The position numbers were made by a program, and so were the translations under genes. From the NCBI GenBank assembly GCA_017302715.1, contig JAFLCD010000002.1, forward strand, positions 5,882 through 69,881: a DNA stretch of 64,000 bases. The letters are read 5' to 3'. Numbering within the stretch: position 1 is the first letter of the stretch; every line of letters starts with the position of its first letter. The stretch comes from Deltaproteobacteria bacterium (GTDB lineage Bacteria > Bdellovibrionota > UBA2394). A model generated the notes under the pieces. That model was not told where the DNA came from, did no database searches, and saw nothing but the letters and a program-made list of their open reading frames with translations. Shown here piece after piece: positions 27,543-35,829 of this stretch.

Positions 27543-28172
27543 TTACGTGGGAAGAATAGAGTTAAAAAATTCGCCGCGACTACCCACATCACATTTATCG
27601 TAAATAACGGTCATATGAAATTTTACGGTCTTCTCGGTATTTCCATTTACCTCTGCGATTTCTCGATTGGATAGACCCTTCAAAGCCAGCCTTGCGATTT
27701 TCTTTTCAGTTTCGGTAAGTCCGTTGGCTTCAAGAAAACGTTCTACAATAGTTGAAAGGCCTCGAGGATTTTCCCATGCATCGGTTAATGACTGAATGAG
27801 TTGATCGATTTCAAATGGCTTTTCTAAAAACTGATGAACGCCGGAGTTCAAACAATTTTTTGCCATTTCTAAATCTGCTTTAGAAGTAATGACGATTGTC
27901 GGAATATCGAGGGTTTTGAGTTCGCTGATAAGAGAGAGTCCATTTCGAAGCGGATCCTCTAAAAAAATATCTGTTACAACGGCATGATATCGTCGCTCCT
28001 TGAGTTCTTTCATTGCAGAGCTTAAGTTTGAAACCCATTCCGATTCTAAACCGCTATTTTTCAGCTTACGAACGATCCATTTTCCAAGTACTTCGTCATC
28101 TTCGACCACTAAGACTCGGCCTTTTAATTCCCAATGCTTTGCTTTGATTTCAGTGGATGCATTTGCGTTCAT
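27543..28172 (-). CDS. NarL/LuxR-family response regulator
   Basis: REC domain (VVEDDE, VVTDIFL) plus a C-terminal GerE-type HTH (LTETEKKIARLALKGLSNREIA). Confidence 0.9.
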   Translation of the reverse strand: MNANASTEIKAKHWELKGRVLVVEDDEVLGKWIVRKLKNSGLESEWVSNLSSAMKELKERRYHAVVTDIFLEDPLRNGLSLISELKTLDIPTIVITSKADLEMAKNCLNSGVHQFLEKPFEIDQLIQSLTDAWENPRGLSTIVERFLEANGLTETEKKIARLALKGLSNREIAEVNGNTEKTVKFHMTVIYDKCDVGSRGEFFNSILPT

Positions 28173-28310
28173 ACTTGTTCCTCATTTCACCTTCGTTTTA
28201 TTAAAATTATTATTTAACTCTAAACCTGAGCTATAAGGAGCCGCAGCCGACTAAAGTTAGGGCTAACGAGGGGTATATATAATAGATAGAGAAAATAGCA
28301 ATATAAGGAA

Positions 28311-28344
28311 GAAAGGCCCTTTGAAGTTAATCAAAAGGCCTTTC
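28311..28344 (-). terminator. Candidate intrinsic terminator after the ElaB-like gene
   Basis: Perfect 8-bp arms, GAAAGGCC (28311-18) and GGCCTTTC (28337-44). On the minus strand it is followed by the T-rich stretch TTCCTTATATTGCTATTTTC. The loop is long (18 nt). Confidence 0.45.
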
Positions 28345-28370
28345 TGGGCTTGATGAGGGGGAAAGATTAA

Positions 28371-28712
28371 TTAGTCGTGTTTAGAAGTTCGACGACCAGC
28401 TAAAAATCCAAGAGCTAAAGCGGCGATCGCGGCACCGCCAATATAGGCCCATGGGTTGCCTTGAACTCGGTCCTTAAGTTGAGCAGTCATATATTGACCC
28501 CTCTCCTTAATCGTTTCACCGAAATCTTCGGCTCGGCTTTGTACGTCGTCAAAATTTTCTTTCAGATTATCCTTAATATTTGAACCAATACTTTTAACTT
28601 TGTCAGACATCACCTTACCTGCGTCTTTCAAGTCATTTTTGAAATCATTTTTGTTGTTATAGTCTTTATTAGAAAAATCTTGGTTTTCTTGTCCGTAGTT
28701 TTTTTGTGACAT
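28371..28712 (-). CDS. DUF883 (ElaB/YqjD-like) tail-anchored protein
   Basis: The ATG at 28712 is preceded by GGAG. The C-terminus reads GNPWAYIGGAAIAALALGFLAGRR. The 49-codon upstream extension in the ORF track is K/R-rich junk. Confidence 0.75.
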   Translation of the reverse strand: MSQKNYGQENQDFSNKDYNNKNDFKNDLKDAGKVMSDKVKSIGSNIKDNLKENFDDVQSRAEDFGETIKERGQYMTAQLKDRVQGNPWAYIGGAAIAALALGFLAGRRTSKHD

Positions 28713-28839
28713 TGTGAGCTCCTTTTTAGATTTAGAATTCTGAGATTTATTTTTAGTTCTTAAATATTTTTTTACTCTTCCGGATTTGCGCAGATTCTTC
28801 AAATGACCAAAGTTAGTGGGTTTTAACGGCTTTTGTCGA

Positions 28840-29532
28840 ATGCAGTTGAAGGCACGCAAGACGAGTGCTAGATCCTCTGCTGTGACACCTCAGCAATTAG
28901 ATGAGCTCGGCTCTCAAATTTCTCATGATTTAAAAGATGCTTTAAAAAGTATTTCTTTAAATTTGGATTTTATTTTGAGAGGCCTTAAAGAAAAGAATTT
29001 GGATTTCTCTAAAGATAGAGCTGAAGAAGCCCGCGCAACTTCTCAGAAGCTTATCCGATTTATAGACGGACTTATTGGACTTAGTGTGGCGGGAAGAGCC
29101 AAGGCGGATGAAGTATTTAAAATGAATGACGTTGTATTTGAATCTATAGAGGAGCTTTCGGATTTGATTTCTGTTTATCGCCCTCAGATTGACGTGGGAG
29201 ATTTAGGAGAAGTTAAGGCGGATAGTTATTTACTGAAGGAAGTTTGGCGCCAACTTATAGATAATGCGATTCGTTACGGATTTCCTCGTGAGGCTCAACC
29301 GAAAATTTCAATTGGACGAAGTCAGAATATTTTTTATATCAAAGACGCTGGACAGGGCGTGCCTGATTCCGAAATGAGTAAACTTTTTTCTTCTATTACA
29401 AAAAGCTCTGAAAATAAAATGAGTATGGGACTTGGACTTTTATTTTGTAGACGGGTGATTGAGAGGCTGGGAGGAAAAATTTGGTATGAAAAAAGAGATG
29501 GTGAAACCTGCTTTTTATTTAGCCTAGCTTAA
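28840..29532 (+). CDS. Soluble minimal histidine kinase
   Basis: The H-box ISHDLKDALKS has its His at residue 29. QLIDNAIRYG, DAGQGV and GLGLLFCRR. The start is uncertain (GTG at 28816 or ATG at 28840). Confidence 0.8.
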   Translation: MQLKARKTSARSSAVTPQQLDELGSQISHDLKDALKSISLNLDFILRGLKEKNLDFSKDRAEEARATSQKLIRFIDGLIGLSVAGRAKADEVFKMNDVVFESIEELSDLISVYRPQIDVGDLGEVKADSYLLKEVWRQLIDNAIRYGFPREAQPKISIGRSQNIFYIKDAGQGVPDSEMSKLFSSITKSSENKMSMGLGLLFCRRVIERLGGKIWYEKRDGETCFLFSLA

Positions 29533-29594
29533 GTCTATATTCTGAAGCTCACTTCTATAATAATTATCCACTATTAAACGAAGAGGAGATTTTT

Positions 29595-29903
29595 ATGGAC
29601 TATGCCCGAGAAACTTTAAATAAACCTATTAACTCTCATGATCGTCGAGCTTCATCTTCTGATGAGCAAGAGAGTGGCGTTGCGGAGCAATGGCTCAGCA
29701 ATTGGCAGGATACTCTCGAAGAAAAAATTGAGAAAACCGCGAACAAATTAGTTCAAAGCGTAGAAAGTGCCTCACAAGAAGTAGGTAAAATTATGGATAC
29801 GCAGCTTTCTAGACGACCATGGACTTATTTATCGGCCTGCATCGGTGGTGGAATTATCGTCGGATATTTTCTCAGTCGTGCAAGACATTCAAAAAAGAAC
29901 TAA
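29595..29903 (+). CDS. DUF883-like tail-anchored protein
   Basis: C-terminus RRPWTYLSACIGGGIIVGYFLSRAR. GAGGAG lies upstream of the ATG. Confidence 0.65.
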   Translation: MDYARETLNKPINSHDRRASSSDEQESGVAEQWLSNWQDTLEEKIEKTANKLVQSVESASQEVGKIMDTQLSRRPWTYLSACIGGGIIVGYFLSRARHSKKN

Positions 29904-29908
29904 AAATA

Positions 29909-30247
29909 ATGAATCACTTTTTGGCAGAATGGACAGACGTTCAGCTCCAAAGGGTTCTTGTCGAAGGCCTTAAGAAATATATTTCAGCGGGGCGAGTAAT
30001 TCATAAAATCTCGACTTCTCTCATTTGGCTTCAATTGATTTTGTTGGGGATGCATTTTGGCTTGTTGCTCATGATTTTGCCTTGGTTTTCGACTGCATTC
30101 TCACAATCGGTTGCTGTGTGGCTATCAGCTGCGGGCTTTATGATTATTTCTATTTTTTCAATTTTATTAATCGTTTGGAACTCAGAAAGGTTTTGGGTGA
30201 ATCGCTTAGGCGTGCCTGACATCTTGCGGTCTGTAAAAAACTTATAG
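29909..30247 (+). CDS. YqjE-like two-TM membrane protein
   Basis: The ATG lies 5 nt after the previous stop. Two long hydrophobic helices. Confidence 0.5.
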   Translation: MNHFLAEWTDVQLQRVLVEGLKKYISAGRVIHKISTSLIWLQLILLGMHFGLLLMILPWFSTAFSQSVAVWLSAAGFMIISIFSILLIVWNSERFWVNRLGVPDILRSVKNL

Positions 30248-30260
30248 ATTAGGTGAGTGG

Positions 30261-31493
30261 GTGGATTTTCTTTTTAAAATATTTTTTAGAAAATATTTTT
30301 TGGATCTTGAAAGAAAAACAAATGAGCTTTTGAGGGGAAATCGAGAGCTTCTTCTTTACAGCCAGATTTTAGAGTCCATGGCAGAAGGCGTATGTCTCGT
30401 GCGTGCTAGAGATTCAGTGATCGTTTATACCAATTCTCGTTTTGAAGAAATGTTTGGATATGAAGTGGACGAGCTCATCGATCGACATGTCAGCATGCTC
30501 AATGCTCCTACAGATTTAAGTCCTGAAGATGTAGCTAAAGATATCACCTCCAAATTGAATATCTCGGGATTTTGGAGAGGAAAGATTTTTAACAGAAAAA
30601 AGGATGGCAGCTATTTTTGGTGCCGCTCAACGATTTCTTCTTTTAATCATCTAGAGTTTGGAAAAGTATGGATAGCTATTCACTCCGATATTAGTGAACA
30701 GAAGGCCGCTGAAGAAGCTTTGCGATTGAGTGAATATGAAATTCAGCAAAGACGTCTTATTCAAAATGCACTGGCCGCACAGGCGAAAGAATTGGCGCAT
30801 TCAAATTCCGATCTCGACCAATTTGCATCAGCAGTTTCTCATGATCTTAAAGCGCCACTAAGAATGGTGAGCAGTTATCTCAAGCTTATTTTGAAAAACT
30901 CTAAAGAAAATTTGAGCGAAGAAAATAAAGAATATCTTCAAAATGCTATTGAGGGAACCAGACAAATGGGTGAGTTGATTGCTCATTTATTAACTTACTC
31001 GCGTTCGGGTGAAGGAAAACTTCAGATGAATGAAGTGGATCTCAACCAAACGGTTCAAAAAGTTTTAAAAAATTTGAAATCAGAGGTGGATTTGACAGAG
31101 GCAGAGATTGAGTGTGAATCACTTCCGATTGTTCTTTCGGATGATTTACTTTTATCTCAGGTACTTCAAAATTTAATTTCAAATGCTCTGAAATATCGAA
31201 GCGAGAAACCTAAAATTAAAATTCATGCTAAGTGTGATCAACATGAATGCATCATTGCGATCAAAGACAATGGGATCGGAATTGATCCCAAAAATTTTGA
31301 GAGAATATTTATGATTTTTCAAAGACTTCACTCTGCGGATGAGTATCCAGGCTCAGGAGTTGGGCTCGCTATTTGTAAAAAAATTATCGAAAAATTAGGA
31401 GGAAAAATTTGGCTTGAATCTAATGTAGGCGAGGGATCTACATTTTTTATAAGCCTAGCGTCGGGAAAATATTCTGAAGTGGAATTTGCCTAG
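30261..31493 (+). CDS. PAS-domain histidine kinase (soluble)
   Basis: PAS domain (MAEGVCLVRARDSVIVYTNSRFEEMFGY...), then VSHDLKAPL, NLISNALKY, DNGIGI and GSGVGLAI. Confidence 0.9.
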   Translation: MDFLFKIFFRKYFLDLERKTNELLRGNRELLLYSQILESMAEGVCLVRARDSVIVYTNSRFEEMFGYEVDELIDRHVSMLNAPTDLSPEDVAKDITSKLNISGFWRGKIFNRKKDGSYFWCRSTISSFNHLEFGKVWIAIHSDISEQKAAEEALRLSEYEIQQRRLIQNALAAQAKELAHSNSDLDQFASAVSHDLKAPLRMVSSYLKLILKNSKENLSEENKEYLQNAIEGTRQMGELIAHLLTYSRSGEGKLQMNEVDLNQTVQKVLKNLKSEVDLTEAEIECESLPIVLSDDLLLSQVLQNLISNALKYRSEKPKIKIHAKCDQHECIIAIKDNGIGIDPKNFERIFMIFQRLHSADEYPGSGVGLAICKKIIEKLGGKIWLESNVGEGSTFFISLASGKYSEVEFA

Positions 31494-31538
31494 CTTTGGT
31501 CAGTTGGGATTGCTTGCAAGTCACGGTATCTTAGCTGA

Positions 31539-31676
31539 ATGAAAAAAATAGATCAGCGCAGTTCAAACAACATATTAGAAAATGAATCGGGAAAAATTGG
31601 TTGGATATTCTTATGGCTTTTAGGAATTCCGATTCCGATTTTGCTTATTCTGTTTTTTATACGTGGATGTACCTAA
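31539..31676 (+). CDS. 45-aa hydrophobic micro-protein
   Basis: Below the ORF-track cutoff. Translation: MKKIDQRSSNNILENESGKIGWIFLWLLGIPIPILLILFFIRGCT. One TM helix. No clear SD. Confidence 0.4.
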   Translation: MKKIDQRSSNNILENESGKIGWIFLWLLGIPIPILLILFFIRGCT

Positions 31677-31705
31677 CTAGATTTGAGGATTTTGAAAGGA
31701 AGTTT

Positions 31706-32341
31706 ATGAAAAAAAATATTTTAAAAATGAATTTTAAAAAGAGTTTTGCAATTCAAAGCTTGGCTGCTTTTGGTTTGTCGATTGGGTTAGCTTCAGCGCA
31801 GACCAATACTTCTGAGGATAAAAACACCGTTGGATTTTATTTGAACGCCGGCGCCATGGGTGATTTTAATATGAGAGGTTACGATTCATCTCTATTAAAG
31901 CGTGATCCGCGAGTCGCCTACCAATTAGAAATGGGTGGAGCCTTTTTTGCTATTCCCGTTAGTTTTTCAACGGGTCAAAACGTAGATATTTACGCCGTGA
32001 AACCTCGTGTGCAAGTTCTTTATCCTATGGCTGGTGGAGCTTTCTCAGTCGGGCCAGGTTTAGGATTTGTTTATAACTATTGGAAATCCGAAGTGGTGGA
32101 CATTCTGAATGCAGGATCAGACGTGACTGTTCATGAAATTGGCTTTCAACCTTCTCTTCAAATCATGATCAGACCCGTTCCTGTCTTTAATATTTTGATC
32201 ACTCCAATTGCCATGGACGTAAATTTTTGGAGAAAGGTTAGTTTGAATACTGGATTTGAAAATATCGGAAACTTTAGTACCAACAATGAACGAGTGGGTA
32301 TTATTTATTCGGCAGGCGCATCTGTTGGATTTAGTTTTTAA
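31706..32341 (+). CDS. Outer-membrane beta-barrel-like protein
   Basis: AAGGAAG SD. Signal peptide ending ASA/Q. Alternating hydrophobic pattern, with a C-terminal ...GASVGFSF. Confidence 0.6.
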   Translation: MKKNILKMNFKKSFAIQSLAAFGLSIGLASAQTNTSEDKNTVGFYLNAGAMGDFNMRGYDSSLLKRDPRVAYQLEMGGAFFAIPVSFSTGQNVDIYAVKPRVQVLYPMAGGAFSVGPGLGFVYNYWKSEVVDILNAGSDVTVHEIGFQPSLQIMIRPVPVFNILITPIAMDVNFWRKVSLNTGFENIGNFSTNNERVGIIYSAGASVGFSF

Positions 32342-32373
32342 CAAATATATTTGCTGCCTTGAGGAGAATGAAA

Positions 32374-32904
32374 ATGAAATCGACTTCTAAAATGATAGAC
32401 TTAGATGGCTCAACAAAAGATTCGTATGAAGGAAAAAATTCAAAGAAGGCCGAAAAATTTATTAAACCACTTCAATCCGTTTTAGCTTCGCTTTATGCCG
32501 CTCGATTGAAGTCTCAGGTTTATCATTGGCAAGTGCATGGACCTAATTTCTATGGAATTCATAAACTCTTAGAAGAGGTCTATAAATCTTTGGATCAATC
32601 CATCGATGATACGGCAGAAAGAATTCGAACCTTAGGAATGCATACGGTTTCTAGCTTCTCTGAAATTATTCAGTTGAGCGCTCCTGCAAATGCTTCCAGT
32701 GATAAATTTTTAAGCACTCAGGAAATGATTGCAGATATGCAAGAAGCTTTAGATAGGCTTAGTGAAAAAATTCGATCCACTGCTGACTTGGCAGAAGAAG
32801 CTGAAGATATTGTTACAGTCGATATGTTGACGAGAATTTTAGGTACTACTGAAAAATTTGAATGGATGGTCAGAAGCTTAAGGACTTCACCGAAGGCTGA
32901 GTAA
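32374..32904 (+). CDS. dps: Dps family DNA-protection / ferritin-like protein
   Basis: YHWQVHGPNFYGIHKLLEE...DDTAERI carries the ferroxidase residues. GAGGAG lies 7 nt before the ATG at 32374. Confidence 0.85.
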   Translation: MKSTSKMIDLDGSTKDSYEGKNSKKAEKFIKPLQSVLASLYAARLKSQVYHWQVHGPNFYGIHKLLEEVYKSLDQSIDDTAERIRTLGMHTVSSFSEIIQLSAPANASSDKFLSTQEMIADMQEALDRLSEKIRSTADLAEEAEDIVTVDMLTRILGTTEKFEWMVRSLRTSPKAE

Positions 32905-34077
32905 AGGTAAAAGCGCTAGAATATTTTGTGGAGCGATCTTGTTAGGTGCTCGCGCAAGATAGACGTTGTGAAGATAGACTGAAGAAATAGAATGTTGTTC
33001 TTCGGCCGATGCTAAAGAAGTATGAAGTGCCACGGGATCCAGTAAAGCCATTGGAGTTTTAAAACTCGTTTCATAAAATAAATTGGCAGTTGGTTTTTCT
33101 TGATTTGTAGGTGGCGCAAAATAATGAGGTAAATTTTTTACTAATCGGTATCCATTTGTCAAAACACTAGGGCTCATGAGATTTGAAGCAAATATATTTT
33201 CGGACGATCTTTTTCTAAGATTCGTCATTAACTGATCCCAATTGACTAACTCGTAGTGACGAATATCTTTTTGTTTGACCGAAGCGTTTTCAATATCGCT
33301 ATCACAATCGTCACAATCTTCTGGAAGATAGACTGGGCCGCGATTCATCCATGCTTGAGTGTTAAATTTGTAAAGCGCGTGGCTTCTAGCTGTTACAAAA
33401 AGTTTCATGGCTTTTGATCCAGATTTTCTTTCTACAAATTCTGGTTTGTATCGATCTAAGTTGTGCTTCCATGAAAACTCATCGAGCAAAGGTAAAAAAT
33501 AAATTTTATAATCTTGTATTAAATTATTTCTCCACTGCCGCTGTCTTTGTGGATTATCAGAATAAATCATTCCGTAGCCGTGAGCGTTTGAGATCGCCGC
33601 GATAAATTTTCCATAAGGACTATGGTCTTTTTGAACAACGACCCAAAAATTTTCGGTGTCATGCGTGTGCCACCAGGCGTTGGTATCAAGGGCATGATAA
33701 ACCATATAGTTGAGGTAATAATGGGACTCAGTCTCGACGATAGAAAAATAGAGAGCTGGGTTTTGAATAAGATGTTTTTGCCTATCGGTGCTCAATTGAA
33801 AGACGTTTGCGCCGTTGTCACGTAGATCTTCATTTCCATCAAAGTCGATTTTTAGAATTTCATCTGCAGGGATAAATCCAGTTTCGGGATTACGGTAAGT
33901 GGCATCAACGTCATGATAGAGGATAGGAGCCCAAGCTTTGGCGAGGCGAAGCGAATCGGCTTCATTGAGAGCTCTAATTTGAGCGTTACTTGTAAAAGAG
34001 ATGCTTAGAAAACTGAAAAAATAAAAAAGGAAGACGCTGACTTGCTGTGAATGCCGAACTCTCCCTCCACCCTTCAC
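32887..34077 (-). CDS. Secreted hypothetical protein with NLP/Vps62-like H-x-H-D-x-E signature
   Basis: Signal peptide ...SNA/Q. The motif YLNYMVYHALDTNAWWHTHDTENFWVVV resembles the GHRHDWEHVVVW core of NPP1-like proteins. Confidence 0.55.
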   Translation of the reverse strand: MKGGGRVRHSQQVSVFLFYFFSFLSISFTSNAQIRALNEADSLRLAKAWAPILYHDVDATYRNPETGFIPADEILKIDFDGNEDLRDNGANVFQLSTDRQKHLIQNPALYFSIVETESHYYLNYMVYHALDTNAWWHTHDTENFWVVVQKDHSPYGKFIAAISNAHGYGMIYSDNPQRQRQWRNNLIQDYKIYFLPLLDEFSWKHNLDRYKPEFVERKSGSKAMKLFVTARSHALYKFNTQAWMNRGPVYLPEDCDDCDSDIENASVKQKDIRHYELVNWDQLMTNLRKRSSENIFASNLMSPSVLTNGYRLVKNLPHYFAPPTNQEKPTANLFYETSFKTPMALLDPVALHTSLASAEEQHSISSVYLHNVYLARAPNKIAPQNILALLPLLSLR

Positions 34078-34247
34078 ATATTCATTGTCTCATTGCTTAA
34101 GAAATTTAGAAATAGAGGCAAATCTCGCAAGCCCGCTCTGGATCATGACTTTAGAATGACAAAAATTGTCGTTTTATTTTCGTCAAAAATTTGACCTCGT
34201 TTTTTCGACATTTTCTGCGTAGCAGCAATTCATAGTATAATAAGGTC

Positions 34248-34553
34248 ATGGCTGCAGATGAAAATGACGAAGGCGAAGATAAAGAAAATCTAGCTAAGGA
34301 ACTCGAGGAAGCCGCACTTAATTCTGCTGGAAAGAACGCGGGACCTATTGATCGAGCAACTGAGCTTTTCACTCTGATGGCTTTGCCGACGACAGCTTAC
34401 TTTTTTTGGGATGGAAATATTCCATTTACTCAAGAGATGGCTGTGATTGGATTTTTAGTTCCCCTGAGTTTCATCGGTGGCATCGTTTCAGGCACGAAAG
34501 CTAAAGGACCAGCTAAAGATGAGAAGCCTGTTGAGGCTGAAAAGGCTGCTTAA
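34248..34553 (+). CDS. Small membrane protein, acidic N-terminus
   Basis: Two hydrophobic segments. An antisense ORF at 34151-34372 competes with it but is Ser-rich and low complexity. Confidence 0.45.
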   Translation: MAADENDEGEDKENLAKELEEAALNSAGKNAGPIDRATELFTLMALPTTAYFFWDGNIPFTQEMAVIGFLVPLSFIGGIVSGTKAKGPAKDEKPVEAEKAA

Positions 34554-34664
34554 TTTCTGCGACATTTGAGTCCGCCTCTATTTCAAAATATAGCCTTAAA
34601 ACTCTCTATAAACACTTTTTAAGTCGGCACGATTATTGCTCTTAATTCTTTAAGAGGTTATGAA

Positions 34665-35465
34665 GTGATTCTTGGTGTGGGTTTTACAAGTTTATTAAAT
34701 TCTAAATTTATTCGATTTTTCATCTTATGGGGATGTTGGTTGGGTGCTCCATCTGCTTTTGCATTTGGCCCAGAGGTGTCGGAAGACGCTTCTGAATTCG
34801 TCACAACTTCAGAAAGTCTTCACGTAAAATCAGTTCAAGATTTTGAAGCACATGTTTTAAATCACAAGGCCGAAGTAAAAAAATTAGGCATCTTAGCGAA
34901 TCATCTTTTACCCATGCCTCTTTCGGATGAGAGAGTCTGGAGGTTTTTAGATCTACATGACAATGCAAAGTTAGGTACTGAACCTTTAGAGCTTGATCCC
35001 GTATGGGCGAGCAGAAATTTGAAAGGCAAAAGACCTCTCGATTATCTTTATCAATTTTATAATACGGACGTGTCGCTTCTTCCTACGGCAGAGCGTGCAC
35101 GAGCTCACGCTATTGTTCACGCTGTGAATCAACGAGATTACAAAATTAGACAGAACTTTTTTTTAGACGACGGCCTTTTACATCCCGATGGAAGTTCTAC
35201 AAGTATCTCCAATGATTTGCTTCGGATTGAAACGATCGCGGATTTAGTCCATCGAGGATTAGATCCGATTGCTGCCGAAGAGTTTCATAGAAAACAAATG
35301 CAAAGAGCCTCTGTATTTTTAGGTGATCCGGAAGATCGTCATATTGCATCGAATGTTGAAAGAATTTACGAAGCAGGTTGGAAGCTTTCTTCTTACCTCT
35401 CGCCTCAACTTCAGCAGCGTTGTCGTCTTGCCTTAGATTTTCTTTCTCGCTTCGAGAAAAAATAA
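34665..35465 (+). CDS. Secreted hypothetical protein (H...HD-like motif)
   Basis: GTG start 7 nt after AAGAGG. Signal peptide ...SAFA/F. Motif FEAHVLNH...RFLDLHDNAKLG. Confidence 0.5.
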   Translation: MILGVGFTSLLNSKFIRFFILWGCWLGAPSAFAFGPEVSEDASEFVTTSESLHVKSVQDFEAHVLNHKAEVKKLGILANHLLPMPLSDERVWRFLDLHDNAKLGTEPLELDPVWASRNLKGKRPLDYLYQFYNTDVSLLPTAERARAHAIVHAVNQRDYKIRQNFFLDDGLLHPDGSSTSISNDLLRIETIADLVHRGLDPIAAEEFHRKQMQRASVFLGDPEDRHIASNVERIYEAGWKLSSYLSPQLQQRCRLALDFLSRFEKK

Positions 35466-35828
35466 TTAGCCAACGCTAATCAGTGGTTTTTCATCGTCCA
35501 CATTCACAATCCTTGGCCTTACAACACCCGGATCTTGGTGTGGCTTCACATCATTTGCAGGATCTCTAGGTTTCATCTTGTACATCATCGCGACGAATTC
35601 AGACTTTGAAATTTTTCCATCAGAATCTTTATCGGCAGATTTAAAAAGTTCATCGACTTTGGATCCGAATCTTTTTGAAATTTTCTCAAGTTCGGATTTA
35701 GAAATCGATCCATCTTGATCTTGATCCAATTTTTTAAAGAGGTTGTTGAATCTGTCGGCTTTCGAGGCGCTGCCGCTGAATTGTGGTTCTGGTTTAGGCG
35801 GTTTAATGCCTACGGGTGAAATACTCAT
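35466..35828 (-). CDS. EF-hand calcium-binding protein (two canonical loops)
   Basis: Loops DQDQDGSISKSE and DKDSDGKISKSE. Confidence 0.8.
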   Translation of the reverse strand: MSISPVGIKPPKPEPQFSGSASKADRFNNLFKKLDQDQDGSISKSELEKISKRFGSKVDELFKSADKDSDGKISKSEFVAMMYKMKPRDPANDVKPHQDPGVVRPRIVNVDDEKPLISVG

Positions 35829-35829
35829 G

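Noticed and set aside
28713-28859. Long N-terminal extensions in ORF-track models. This one precedes the ElaB-like gene; others are at 31601-31705, 39067-39132, 59245-59331, 63114-63176, 47074-47298 and 29819-29908.
   Set aside because: The extensions are basic and low complexity and overlap upstream genes or promoters. Internal ATG or TTG starts give proper SD spacing and proper signal peptides or domain boundaries.
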